From contig JAFTYE010000004.1 of the NCBI GenBank assembly GCA_017464805.1, forward strand, positions 6,412 to 70,411: a DNA stretch of 64,000 nucleotides, in the 5' to 3' direction. The position numbers and the translations under genes are program-made. Under the pieces are notes generated by a model. That model was not told the DNA's origin and searched no databases. It saw only the letters and a program-made list of their open reading frames with translations. This DNA comes from Clostridia bacterium. Its GTDB lineage: Bacteria; Bacillota; Clostridia; Oscillospirales; CAG-272. Positions 1 to 8,494 of the stretch are shown piece by piece. How positions within the stretch are numbered: the first letter of the stretch is position 1; each line of letters starts with the position of its first letter.

Positions 1-172
1 TGCCCCCTTCCGTGTAGGAAAAGCCCTCGGGCAGTTCCGTCGTTTTTTCTTTGCGCCGTTCTTTCGCCTTTTTCTCCGTATGGGGCGACCCGTGTGTCGC
101 GGAAGATGCCTTTCCCTTAAAAAAAGAGTGCCCCCGTGTACCCTGCGGCGATGTTTGCTTTGGTGTGTTCAT
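1..172 (-). CDS. N-terminal part of an unidentified protein; gene runs off the left edge
   Basis: ATG at 172-170 with a GGGGGG Shine-Dalgarno 6 nt upstream. Frame is open to base 1 (MNTPKQTSPQGTRGHSFFKGKASSATHGSPHTEKKAKERRKEK...). Too short for the ORF track; no family recognised. Confidence 0.3.
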   Translation of the reverse strand, partial: MNTPKQTSPQGTRGHSFFKGKASSATHGSPHTEKKAKERRKEKTTELPEGFSYTEGG

Positions 173-224
173 GATTTTCCCCCCTTATTCCTATATTCTA
201 TGCACTGCTTAACGCCGAATATAC

Positions 225-265
225 AAAAAAGCCCCCACGGGGATCCGTGGGGGAACGGCTTTTTG
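225..265 (-). terminator. GC-rich hairpin CCCCCACGG-GGAT-CCGTGGGGG flanked by A6 and T5; terminator-like, mainly on the minus strand
   Basis: Perfect 9-bp stem at 232-253. On the minus strand it is followed directly by CTTTTTT. Confidence 0.4.
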
Positions 266-493
266 CGGCAGGTCGCCTCGGGGAGAAGTCCGAAAAGCCG
301 TGGGGGCCGCGCACGGTACCGCATCCTGTCCCTTTTTGTGTATTGCGCGGCGGCGTGACGCGGGGTGATGATGCCGCGTCCGTCACCCCCCAATAACAGG
401 GTATGCCGCACGGGGGGAAACGTGCCTTTGGGAGAAATTCCCCTGCATAACGTACCCCCTGCGTGACAGATACTGCCCCCACGGGGGTAAGCT

Positions 494-1270
494 ATGTATC
501 GGAATAAAGTAGAAATTTGCGGTGTCAACACCGCGGAGCTTCGGGTACTGTCGGATGAGGAGAAGCGGGAGCTGCTTCTGCGTTCCCACAACGGGGATCG
601 TGCCGCGCGCGCGGAGCTGATTTGTGGCAATCTGCGGCTTGTGCTCAGCATCGTGGGGCGGTTTTCCTCGCGCCGCGAGAATTTAGACGATCTGTTTCAG
701 GTCGGGTGTATCGGTCTGATCAAGGCCATTGACAATTTCAACGTGACGCTGGAAGTGAAATTCAGCACCTACGCCGTTCCCATGATCATCGGAGAGGTAC
801 GGCGATATTTGCGGGACAACAATTCCATTCGGGTCAGTCGTTCCATGCGCGATCTGGCTTACCGTGCCCTGCAGGTGCGGGATGAGCTTTCCCGCCGTAC
901 CATGCGGGAGGCAACGGTGGAGGAGATCGCGTCGTTGCTTGGCGAAGAAAAGCGCGCGGTTTCCGCCGCCATGGAGGCGATTGTGGAGCCGGTGTCCCTG
1001 TACGAATCGGTCTACAATGACGGGGAGGATTCGGTCTTCGTGATTGACCAGCTCTGCGACCGCGACAGCGGTGACGACAGCTGGATCGAAGACATTTCGC
1101 TGCGCGAGGCGATGAAGCGGCTTGGCGAGCGGGAGCGTTCCATTATTGAAATGCGGTTTTTTCGAGGAAAAACACAGATGGAGATCGCCTCCATGATTGG
1201 CATCAGCCAGGCGCAGGTGTCTCGACTCGAGAAGGGGGCGCTCGAAAAAATGCGGCGGGAGATGGTTTAA
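494..1270 (+). CDS. sigG: Sporulation sigma factor SigG (forespore RNA polymerase sigma-G)
   Basis: N-terminus NKVEICGVNTAELRVL, then GNLRLVLSIV, DDLFQVGCIGLIKAIDNF, KFSTYAVPMIIGEVRRYLRDNNSIRVSRS and ISQAQVSRLEK closely parallel B. subtilis SigG rather than SigF or SigE. Confidence 0.9.
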   Translation: MYRNKVEICGVNTAELRVLSDEEKRELLLRSHNGDRAARAELICGNLRLVLSIVGRFSSRRENLDDLFQVGCIGLIKAIDNFNVTLEVKFSTYAVPMIIGEVRRYLRDNNSIRVSRSMRDLAYRALQVRDELSRRTMREATVEEIASLLGEEKRAVSAAMEAIVEPVSLYESVYNDGEDSVFVIDQLCDRDSGDDSWIEDISLREAMKRLGERERSIIEMRFFRGKTQMEIASMIGISQAQVSRLEKGALEKMRREMV

Positions 1271-1305
1271 AAAAGGTTACTTTTATACGGTTTTGGGAAA
1301 ATGAC

Positions 1306-1334
1306 TTGCTTTTTTTCGAAATATGTGGTACAAT
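1306..1334 (+). promoter_or_regulatory. Sigma-A type promoter for the permease gene
   Basis: TTGCTT (1306-1311), 17-nt spacer, TGg-TACAAT (1329-1334). Confidence 0.55.
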
Positions 1335-1432
1335 GGGTGAACTTTACTCCGGCTCGCGAAAGCCATGGTAGGACTGCTTGTTCGACTGCCATCTTTTATC
1401 ATCTATCATCATAAAGGAATGGAGACAATTTT

Positions 1433-2857
1433 ATGGAAAAGCTGACGAGAAAGTATGGTCTGTTTACTGCTATTTGCCTGGTGGTCGGTACCGTTATCGG
1501 CTCCGGTGTGTTCTTTAAGGCACAGGACGTTTTGAACAAGACAGGCGGCAACATGCCTATCGGCATTGCCGCGTGGGTGATCACGGGCTTGATCATGGTC
1601 TTCTGCTCCGCGCAGTTTGCCGTGATGGCGACCAAGTATGAGCGTGTCAATGGTATCGTAGACTATGCGGAAGCGACCTGCGGTAAAAGCTATGCTTACT
1701 ATTTGGCGTGGTTTATAGCAAATGTTTACTACCCCGCTATGACCTCGGTGCTTGCCTGGGTATCGGCAAGATACTTTGGTGTCATCTTCGGTTGGGATAT
1801 CACCGGCGGTCGCGTGATGGTATTCGCTTGCTTCTTTCTTGTTCTCTCTTATACGATCAATGCCCTTTCACCGAAGCTGGCCGGTAAGCTTCAGGTCAGT
1901 GCTACGGTGATCAAACTCATCCCGATTGCCCTGATGGCCGTGATCGGTACGACAGTCGGTTTTGTCAGCGGCACGCTGACCGAAAACTTCGTCACTGTGG
2001 TAGGCGAGGCGGTCGGCGGTACCACCGGCAGCGGTCTGTTTGCGGCCGTTGTGGCTACCGTCTTCGCCTATGAGGGCTGGATCGTTGCCACCTCGATCAA
2101 CGCCGAGCTCAAGGATCCCAAAAAGAATCTTCCCATCGCGTTGGTTGTCGGCTCTTTGATCGTGGTCGCCGCGTACGTGCTCTACTACATCGGCGTAGCG
2201 GGCGGCGCGTCCAACGAGGTGCTGATGACCGAGGGTGCTACCACCGCCTTCCGCAATATCTTCGGCGGCGTGGGCGGCCTGCTTCTCAATGTTTGTATCG
2301 TCATTTCCTGCCTTGGCACGCTCAACGGCCTGATGCTGGCCACCACCCGCGGCATGTACGCGATCGGCATTCGTGGAGAGGGCCCTAATCCCAAGCTGTT
2401 CTCCCGGGTGGATAAGTCCACTAATGTAACCTCCAACTCCGCGATTTGGGGTCTGTTCGTGTGTGCGGCCTGGCTGCTCTACTTCTACGGTGCCAACCTG
2501 ACTGAGGGCTGGTTCGGTCCGTTTAACTTTGATTCCTCCGAGCTTCCCATCGTGACCATCTACGCCTTTTATATCCCCATGTTCATTGTGTGGATGGTGA
2601 AGGAAAAGGATCTGGGCATTATGAAGAGATTCGTCTTGCCGCTTCTGTCTATTATTGCCTGCGGGTTTATGATCTTTGCCGCCGTTTACGCACACGGCTA
2701 CACGCCCTTCATGGCCGCAAAGGGAGAGGGGAAGTTCTCCTGCCCCGTGATCTTCTATCTGATCGTTTTCGCGGTGGTCATCTTGATCGGCTGTTTCTGC
2801 AATCGCTCCGCGAAAAGCGATCCGATCGCCGAAGGCGAAGATGTAGCCGAGGAATGA
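1433..2857 (+). CDS. APC-family amino acid permease
   Basis: 474 aa with about 12 predicted TM segments. N-terminal FTAICLVVGTVIGSGVFFK motif is typical of APC/amino-acid-polyamine transporters. Confidence 0.85.
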   Translation: MEKLTRKYGLFTAICLVVGTVIGSGVFFKAQDVLNKTGGNMPIGIAAWVITGLIMVFCSAQFAVMATKYERVNGIVDYAEATCGKSYAYYLAWFIANVYYPAMTSVLAWVSARYFGVIFGWDITGGRVMVFACFFLVLSYTINALSPKLAGKLQVSATVIKLIPIALMAVIGTTVGFVSGTLTENFVTVVGEAVGGTTGSGLFAAVVATVFAYEGWIVATSINAELKDPKKNLPIALVVGSLIVVAAYVLYYIGVAGGASNEVLMTEGATTAFRNIFGGVGGLLLNVCIVISCLGTLNGLMLATTRGMYAIGIRGEGPNPKLFSRVDKSTNVTSNSAIWGLFVCAAWLLYFYGANLTEGWFGPFNFDSSELPIVTIYAFYIPMFIVWMVKEKDLGIMKRFVLPLLSIIACGFMIFAAVYAHGYTPFMAAKGEGKFSCPVIFYLIVFAVVILIGCFCNRSAKSDPIAEGEDVAEE

Positions 2858-2877
2858 ACCCGAAAGTCTATCATGAA

Positions 2878-2919
2878 AAGAGCCTGCAACAAGAAGCTTG
2901 CCGCGGGCTCTTTTCCTTT
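2878..2919 (+). terminator. Intrinsic terminator after the permease gene
   Basis: Stem AAGAGCCTGC / GCGGGCTCTT followed by a T-rich run. Confidence 0.55.
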
Positions 2920-2955
2920 GAAGAGATCGGATAAGCGCGAATTCGGTCACGTGTG

Positions 2956-2984
2956 TTGACAAATTCCCCCGAAAGTGTTAAAAT
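2956..2984 (+). promoter_or_regulatory. Sigma-A promoter of the glycan-precursor operon
   Basis: TTGACA (2956-2961), 17-nt spacer, TAAAAT (2979-2984). Confidence 0.65.
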
Positions 2985-3029
2985 AAACGGGTAAGGTAAC
3001 TCCCGATACCATTTGAAACAAAAAAGAGA

Positions 3030-4235
3030 GTGAACACTATGGATATCAAACCGTTTCCCCACAAGCTGTGGCTCTCCAGTCCCACCATGCATGGGGAAGA
3101 GTTGCAATATATCACCGAGGCGTACCAAACCAACTGGATGTCCACGGTAGGGGAAAACATCACCCAGACAGAGCGGCTTTCTGCCGAGTACGTCGGATGC
3201 CGTTATGCAGTCGGCCTGGCTTCGGGTACGGCGGCCCTACATCTGGCCGTGAAGCTGGCGGGTGTTCGTCGGGGAGAGCGCGTTTTCTGCTCGGACATGA
3301 CCTTTGCCGCCACGGTCAATCCCGTGGTGTACGAGGGTGGCATTCCTGTATTTATCGACAGCGAGCGGGACACGTGGAATATGGATCCCGTGGCACTGGA
3401 ACGCGCCTTCCTCCTATATCCCGATGTGCGGGTCGTGGTGGTGGCCAACCTGTACGGCACCCCCGCGGGGCTGGATAAAATCCGCCGCATTTGTGATGAC
3501 CATGGTGCCACGATGATCGAGGACGCGGCCGAATCACTCGGTGCGACCCTCTGCGGCAAGCAGACCGGCAGCTTCGGCCACTTTAACGTCATCTCCTTCA
3601 ACGGTAACAAGATCATCACCGGCTCCTCGGGCGGCATGCTGCTGACCGATGACCGTGACGCGGCGGATCGCGCGCGCAAATGGTCTACCCAAAGTCGTGA
3701 AAATGCCCCGTGGTATCAGCATACGGAGCTTGGATACAACTATCGCATGAGCAACGTGATCGCCGGCGTGGTGCGCGGACAGTATGCACATCTTAACGAG
3801 CATATCGCCGGGAAAAGGGCGATCTATATGCGTTATAAGGAGGGGCTGGCGGACCTTCCTGTGACCATGAACCCCTATGATTCCGCCGTCGCAGAGCCGA
3901 ATTTCTGGCTCTCCTGTTTGCTCATCGACGGACAGGCCATGTGCCGTGAGACGCGAAGCGATACACAGGCAAGCTATGTGTCGGAGAAGGGTAAGTCCTG
4001 TCCCGCCGAGATCCTGGAGATGCTTTCCGCCTACAACGCGGAGGGCAGACCGATCTGGAAGCCCATGCACATGCAGCCCGTGTTCCGCGAAAATCCCTTC
4101 GTCACGGCACAGGCGGAAGCCGCCCCCGTGGACGAGGATATTTTTGCAAGAGGCCTTTGTCTTCCCTCGGATAACAAAATGACGCCGGCAGAGCAGGACG
4201 CGGTGATCGAGCTGATTAAGCGTTGCTTTGCATAA
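3030..4235 (+). CDS. DegT/DnrJ/EryC1/StrS-family PLP-dependent sugar aminotransferase
   Basis: Family-typical N-terminus (SSPTMHGEELQYITEAYQTNWMS, GLASGTAALHLA) and SFNGNKIITGSSGGML lysine region. GTG at 3030; alternative ATG at 3039. Confidence 0.85.
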   Translation: MNTMDIKPFPHKLWLSSPTMHGEELQYITEAYQTNWMSTVGENITQTERLSAEYVGCRYAVGLASGTAALHLAVKLAGVRRGERVFCSDMTFAATVNPVVYEGGIPVFIDSERDTWNMDPVALERAFLLYPDVRVVVVANLYGTPAGLDKIRRICDDHGATMIEDAAESLGATLCGKQTGSFGHFNVISFNGNKIITGSSGGMLLTDDRDAADRARKWSTQSRENAPWYQHTELGYNYRMSNVIAGVVRGQYAHLNEHIAGKRAIYMRYKEGLADLPVTMNPYDSAVAEPNFWLSCLLIDGQAMCRETRSDTQASYVSEKGKSCPAEILEMLSAYNAEGRPIWKPMHMQPVFRENPFVTAQAEAAPVDEDIFARGLCLPSDNKMTPAEQDAVIELIKRCFA

Positions 4236-4254
4236 CTGTCTACTGGAGAACGGG

Positions 4255-4944
4255 ATGTATAACAAATTTTTTAAGCGGCTTTTTGATTGGCTTTTGTCCC
4301 TGATTGCCATTTTGCTTCTTTCCCCGCTTTTGCTGCTTTTGACGCTCGCGGGGGCGATTGCGATGGGGGGCAATCCCTTTTTCGTACAGAAGCGTCCGGG
4401 TAAGGATGAGCGGATCTTTTGTATGATCAAATTCCGTAGCATGACCGACCACCGTGACAAAAAAACGGGCAGGCTTCTGTCCGATGAGGAACGACTGACG
4501 CGCTACGGTCGCTTTTTGCGTGCCACCTCACTTGATGAGCTGCCCGAGCTTTTTAATATTTTCGCAGGGCAGATGTCCTTCGTTGGCCCACGCCCTATGC
4601 TGGTGCGGGATATGGTGTTCATGACACCTGCGCAACGTGGGCGGCACAGCGTGCGTCCGGGCTTGACCGGCCTTGCCCAGGCAAACGGCCGCAACAGCGT
4701 CACCTGGGAAAAAAAGCTGGCGTTCGATCTTGAATACGTAGAGCATATTACCCTGTGGGGAGATGTGAAGATCCTGTTCAAAACGGTGTTTTCCGTGCTG
4801 AAGCGAGAGGGAATTGCCGAGGAGGGAATGGCCACAGCCGCCGACCTCGGTGATTATCTGCTTTATAAGGGGGAGATCACCCAAGAGGAGTATGACCGTG
4901 GTCAGGCTGAGGCCGGGACACTTTTGAAGCAAAAGAACCCATAA
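4255..4944 (+). CDS. Small PglC/WbaP-type polyprenyl-phosphate sugar-phosphate transferase (bacterial sugar transferase family)
   Basis: FKRLFDWLLSLIAILLLSPLLL membrane hairpin, KFRSM, DELPELFNIFAGQMSFVGPRP motifs. GGAG 7 nt before the ATG at 4255 (track ORF starts at 4228). Confidence 0.85.
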   Translation: MYNKFFKRLFDWLLSLIAILLLSPLLLLLTLAGAIAMGGNPFFVQKRPGKDERIFCMIKFRSMTDHRDKKTGRLLSDEERLTRYGRFLRATSLDELPELFNIFAGQMSFVGPRPMLVRDMVFMTPAQRGRHSVRPGLTGLAQANGRNSVTWEKKLAFDLEYVEHITLWGDVKILFKTVFSVLKREGIAEEGMATAADLGDYLLYKGEITQEEYDRGQAEAGTLLKQKNP

Positions 4945-4981
4945 GGGCATAAATATGTGTCGCTTGAAGGGAGAATCGCAA

Positions 4982-6136
4982 ATGAACAGAGAAGAACAAC
5001 CTTTTTTGCGTCGCTCATGGGCCGAGGTAAATCTGTCACAGCTTGCCGTCAATATGCGGCTGTGCCGCGCCCGACTGCCGAAGACGGCCAAGCTGATGGC
5101 GGTGGTCAAGGCCGATGCCTACGGCCACGGTCATGTGCCTGTTTCGCGGTGCCTCGAGGAGGCAGGGGCGGATGCCTTCGCCGTTGCCACGGTAAATGAG
5201 GCGATCGAGCTTCGTTTGGCGGGAATCACGCGGGACATTCTGATCCTCGGGTACACCCCTGTGTCCGAATGGGAAAAGCTCGCCTCACACGACCTGATTC
5301 AAACGCTTGTTTCCGAGGACTACGCCCACGCCCTGTGGGAAGCCTGTCATAAGCCCCTGCGTTGCCAGTTCGCCATCGACACGGGCATGAATCGCATCGG
5401 TCTGCCTGCCGATGACCCCGAGCATACCGAGGCCTGCATCCGCCGTTTTGCAAAATGCTTTGCGATCACCGGCATATTTACGCACCTCTGTGTCGCGGAT
5501 GGGGAGGACGAGGCCTCCCGTGCCTTCACGCGCGAGCAGATCGGCAAATTCGAGTTCCTTGCCGACCGCCTGTCCGACCTTGCCATGCCCTACGTGCACT
5601 GCCTCAATTCGGCGGGTGGATTGTACCACACCACGATGGAAAACGGCTTTGCGCGCCTCGGCATCGTGCTGTACGGGCTCAAGCCCGACCGCGAAAATAC
5701 CTTGCCCGATGGGGTGGCCCCCGCTCTTTCCTGGAAAAGCGTGGTGGCCATGATCAAAACGGTCAAGGCGGGAGAAACCGTCGGTTACGGCAGAGCTGGG
5801 AAAACAACAAGAGAGACTCGCATCGCCACCGTGCCAACGGGATACGCGGACGGATACAGCCGCGCCCTTTCCGGCAAGGGATACGTGCTTTTGCACGGCC
5901 GACGCGCGCCCATCGTCGGTCGCGTGTGCATGGATATGATGATGCTGGATGTGACCGATATTCCCGATGCGTGCGTGGGGGACGAGGTTACGCTGATCGG
6001 CTGTGACGGAAAAGAACGCATCACTGCCGACGATATGGCAGATATGATCGGTACGATCGGCTACGAGGTGGTCTGCGCCATCTCGGGCCGCGTGCCACGC
6101 ATATATACAAAAAACATAAAGGAAGTACATACATGA
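4982..6136 (+). CDS. alr: Alanine racemase
   Basis: PLP-lysine motif AVVKADAYGHG and C-terminal VGRVCMDMMMLDV motif. SD AAGGGAGA lies before the ATG at 4982. Confidence 0.9.
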   Translation: MNREEQPFLRRSWAEVNLSQLAVNMRLCRARLPKTAKLMAVVKADAYGHGHVPVSRCLEEAGADAFAVATVNEAIELRLAGITRDILILGYTPVSEWEKLASHDLIQTLVSEDYAHALWEACHKPLRCQFAIDTGMNRIGLPADDPEHTEACIRRFAKCFAITGIFTHLCVADGEDEASRAFTREQIGKFEFLADRLSDLAMPYVHCLNSAGGLYHTTMENGFARLGIVLYGLKPDRENTLPDGVAPALSWKSVVAMIKTVKAGETVGYGRAGKTTRETRIATVPTGYADGYSRALSGKGYVLLHGRRAPIVGRVCMDMMMLDVTDIPDACVGDEVTLIGCDGKERITADDMADMIGTIGYEVVCAISGRVPRIYTKNIKEVHT

Positions 6137-7305
6137 CAGCAGAACAAGCATTTGAAAAAATCTACGGAAGGGCACCGGCCTATACCGCCTTCACGCCCTA
6201 CCGTGTTTGCCCCCTGGGCGCGCATGTGGACAACCACCTCGGCCCGATCACGGGCTTTGCCATCGACAAGGGCATTCACATCGCTTACGGGCCGAAGCAG
6301 AACGGCGTGGTCGAGGTACACTCCCTGCAATTCGAGGGTCGCGCACAATGGCACGTGGCCACCGCACCCTCCGAAAAGCAGAACGACTGGGCAGACCATC
6401 TGCGCGGCGTGTGTATTGCGCTCAACGATCGCTACCCCCTGCGCGTCGGTCTTTGCGCGGTGCTGGCGGGAGAGCTGCCGATCGGCGGCCTGTCCTCCTC
6501 TGCTGCCGTGATCCTGACCTTCCTCTCCGCCCTTTGCCGCATGAACGGCATCTCCCTTACCGAGCGGGAAATGATCACCATTTCACAGGAGGCGGAAAAC
6601 CGCTACGTGGGTGTTTCCTGCGGTAAGCTCGATCAGAGCTGCGAGGTTTATTGCAAGAAGGATCACCTTCTGTACATGGACATGCTGGACGACAGCTATG
6701 AGCTTATTCCCGCCACACCCGATATGAAGCCCTACAAGATCGCCATCTTTTTCAGCGGGCTGGAAAGAAGCCTGGCGGGAAGCAAGTACAACATGCGCGT
6801 GGACGAAGCGCGTGCCGCCGCCTATGCCCTGAAGGCCTATGCGGGGGTAGAGTACGGCAAATTCCGCGAAACCTATCTGCGCGACCTGCCGCGCGAGGTG
6901 TTTGACACCTACGCATCCCGTCTGCCCGAACCCTGGGAAAGACGCGCCCGCCACTATTACAATGAATGTGACCGTGTTCGGCTGGGTGCCGAGGCATGGC
7001 GGCGCGGCGATATCGAGGAGTTTGGTCGCCTGTCCTTTGCAAGCGGCAAAAGCTCGATCGAGCTGTGGGAGACCGGTAGCCCTGAGCTGATCGCCCTGTA
7101 CGATATCATGACAAGGACCGAGGGCATCTACGGCGGCCGCTTCTCGGGTGCGGGCTTCAAGGGCTGCTGTATGGCGCTTATCGATCCCGCCTACGAGGAG
7201 AGTATCTGCCAAACGATGGAGTGGGAATACCTCAAACAGTTCCCGCATCTTTCGGGCAAATATTCCGCGCACATCTGCGCGAGTGCCGATGGGGTGAAGC
7301 TATGA
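6133..7305 (+). CDS. GHMP-family sugar-1-kinase, galactokinase-like but with a non-canonical signature
   Basis: GHMP ATP motif GELPIGGLSSSAAV. The N-terminal motif YRVCPLGAHVDNHLG replaces the GalK signature GRVNLIGEHTDY. ATGA overlap with alr. Confidence 0.75.
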   Translation: MTAEQAFEKIYGRAPAYTAFTPYRVCPLGAHVDNHLGPITGFAIDKGIHIAYGPKQNGVVEVHSLQFEGRAQWHVATAPSEKQNDWADHLRGVCIALNDRYPLRVGLCAVLAGELPIGGLSSSAAVILTFLSALCRMNGISLTEREMITISQEAENRYVGVSCGKLDQSCEVYCKKDHLLYMDMLDDSYELIPATPDMKPYKIAIFFSGLERSLAGSKYNMRVDEARAAAYALKAYAGVEYGKFRETYLRDLPREVFDTYASRLPEPWERRARHYYNECDRVRLGAEAWRRGDIEEFGRLSFASGKSSIELWETGSPELIALYDIMTRTEGIYGGRFSGAGFKGCCMALIDPAYEESICQTMEWEYLKQFPHLSGKYSAHICASADGVKL

Positions 7306-8039
7306 AATGTCTGATTCTTGCCGCGGGCTATGCGACTCGCCTGTATCCCTTGACCGAAAATTTCCCCAAGCCCCTTCTGACCGTAGGGGATAAGACCATT
7401 CTTGATTGGCTGATCGACGATATCGACGAGGCAGGCCTCATCGACGAATACGTCGTCATTTCCAACCACAAATTCGCCCACCACTTCGATGCTTGGGCCA
7501 AGACCAAGCCCCAACGTATCACGGTCTTGGACGACGGCACGGATAGCAACGAGACCCGCCTCGGTGCCGTGAAGGATATCGAATTTGCCATCGATCAGCT
7601 CGGAATCGCGGATGACATGTTGGTCATCGCGGGTGATAACGTGCTGGATTTCAGCCTCACGAAGTTCCTGCGCTATGCCGTGGATAAAAAGACCTCCTGC
7701 ATCATGCGCTACTACGAGGCAGAAAAGGCACGCCTCTCGAAGAGCGGCGTGGTCGAGATCGACGAAAACGACCTCGTTCTCTCCATGCAGGAAAAGCCGA
7801 AGGAACCCCGTTCCACCTGGTGCTGTCCCCCCTTCTATTTTTACACGAAGGAGGATGCCCACCGCATTCCCGATGCCATCGCGGTAGGATGCGGCACGGA
7901 TGCCCCCGGCAGCTATATCGCGTGGCTGTGCACACAGACCCACGTGCATGCCATGGAAATGCCCGGCAAACGCTATGACATCGGAAACCTGGAAAGCTAC
8001 GAGGCCGTGCAAAAGGCCTATCGGGGTATCACGAAATGA
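7302..8039 (+). CDS. Sugar-1-phosphate nucleotidyltransferase (NTP-transferase fold)
   Basis: MKCLILAAGYATRLYPLTENFPKPLL is a variant of the G-x-G-T-R-L NTP-transferase motif. ATGA overlap with the kinase stop. Confidence 0.8.
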   Translation: MKCLILAAGYATRLYPLTENFPKPLLTVGDKTILDWLIDDIDEAGLIDEYVVISNHKFAHHFDAWAKTKPQRITVLDDGTDSNETRLGAVKDIEFAIDQLGIADDMLVIAGDNVLDFSLTKFLRYAVDKKTSCIMRYYEAEKARLSKSGVVEIDENDLVLSMQEKPKEPRSTWCCPPFYFYTKEDAHRIPDAIAVGCGTDAPGSYIAWLCTQTHVHAMEMPGKRYDIGNLESYEAVQKAYRGITK

Positions 8040-8413
8040 TGCGACCCCACCACATTGCCATCCTCTCGTCGGATAAGGAGGCCTCGCTCGCCTTTTACCG
8101 CACCCTTGGCTTTTCCCTGACTGAAACGGTTAACCGCCCTGCGTGCGGGGACGAGATCTGCTTTCTTTCGGGAAATGGCATGACTCTTGAGCTGTTCATT
8201 GCGGCGGGACGACCCCCGCACGTCAGCGACCCGGAGGCCTACGGTGTGCGCCATCTTGCCTTTGCCTGCACGGATTTGGACGCGCTTCGCGCTTCGCTTC
8301 TTGTGGCGGGCTACCTGCCCGAGCCGCTTCGTCGCGACAGCCGCACAGGAGAGCGCATGTTCTTTGTCAAGGACCCCGACGGTCTGCCTATGGAATTGCG
8401 TGAACAGATATAA
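8036..8413 (+). CDS. VOC/glyoxalase-family protein
   Basis: 125 aa. HHIAILSSDKEASLAFYRTLGF ... GVRHLAFACTDLD ... FFVKDPDGLPMEL is the typical paired beta-alpha-beta-beta-beta pattern. ATGA overlap with the upstream gene. Confidence 0.75.
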   Translation: MMRPHHIAILSSDKEASLAFYRTLGFSLTETVNRPACGDEICFLSGNGMTLELFIAAGRPPHVSDPEAYGVRHLAFACTDLDALRASLLVAGYLPEPLRRDSRTGERMFFVKDPDGLPMELREQI

Positions 8414-8414
8414 C

Positions 8415-8466
8415 AGAACGGCGGAATGCAAAGCATTCCGCCGTTCTTGTTTTTCTTTCCCCCTCA
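8415..8466 (+). terminator. Intrinsic terminator ending the aminotransferase-to-VOC operon
   Basis: 15-bp perfect stem AGAACGGCGGAATGC-AAA-GCATTCCGCCGTTCT followed by TGTTTTT. Confidence 0.85.
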
Positions 8467-8494
8467 TACAATAAAAGGGAAAAGGAGGGATCTT

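Noticed and set aside
445-473. Sigma-F/sigma-G type promoter call for sigG (GCATA-17-CAGATAC)
   Set aside because: It matches the -35 element but only about half of the -10 consensus. It is too weak to list as a feature and is mentioned only as a possibility in the sigG-spacer finding.
1335-1432. Possible riboswitch in the ~95-nt leader of the APC permease (small hairpin GGCT-CGCGAA-AGCC, direct repeat GACTGC x2)
   Set aside because: I recognise no conserved riboswitch core, and the leader is short with weak structure. It is left unannotated.
1868-2962. 364-aa ORF on the - strand
   Set aside because: It is antisense to the APC permease and has an Arg/Gly/His-rich, non-protein-like composition.
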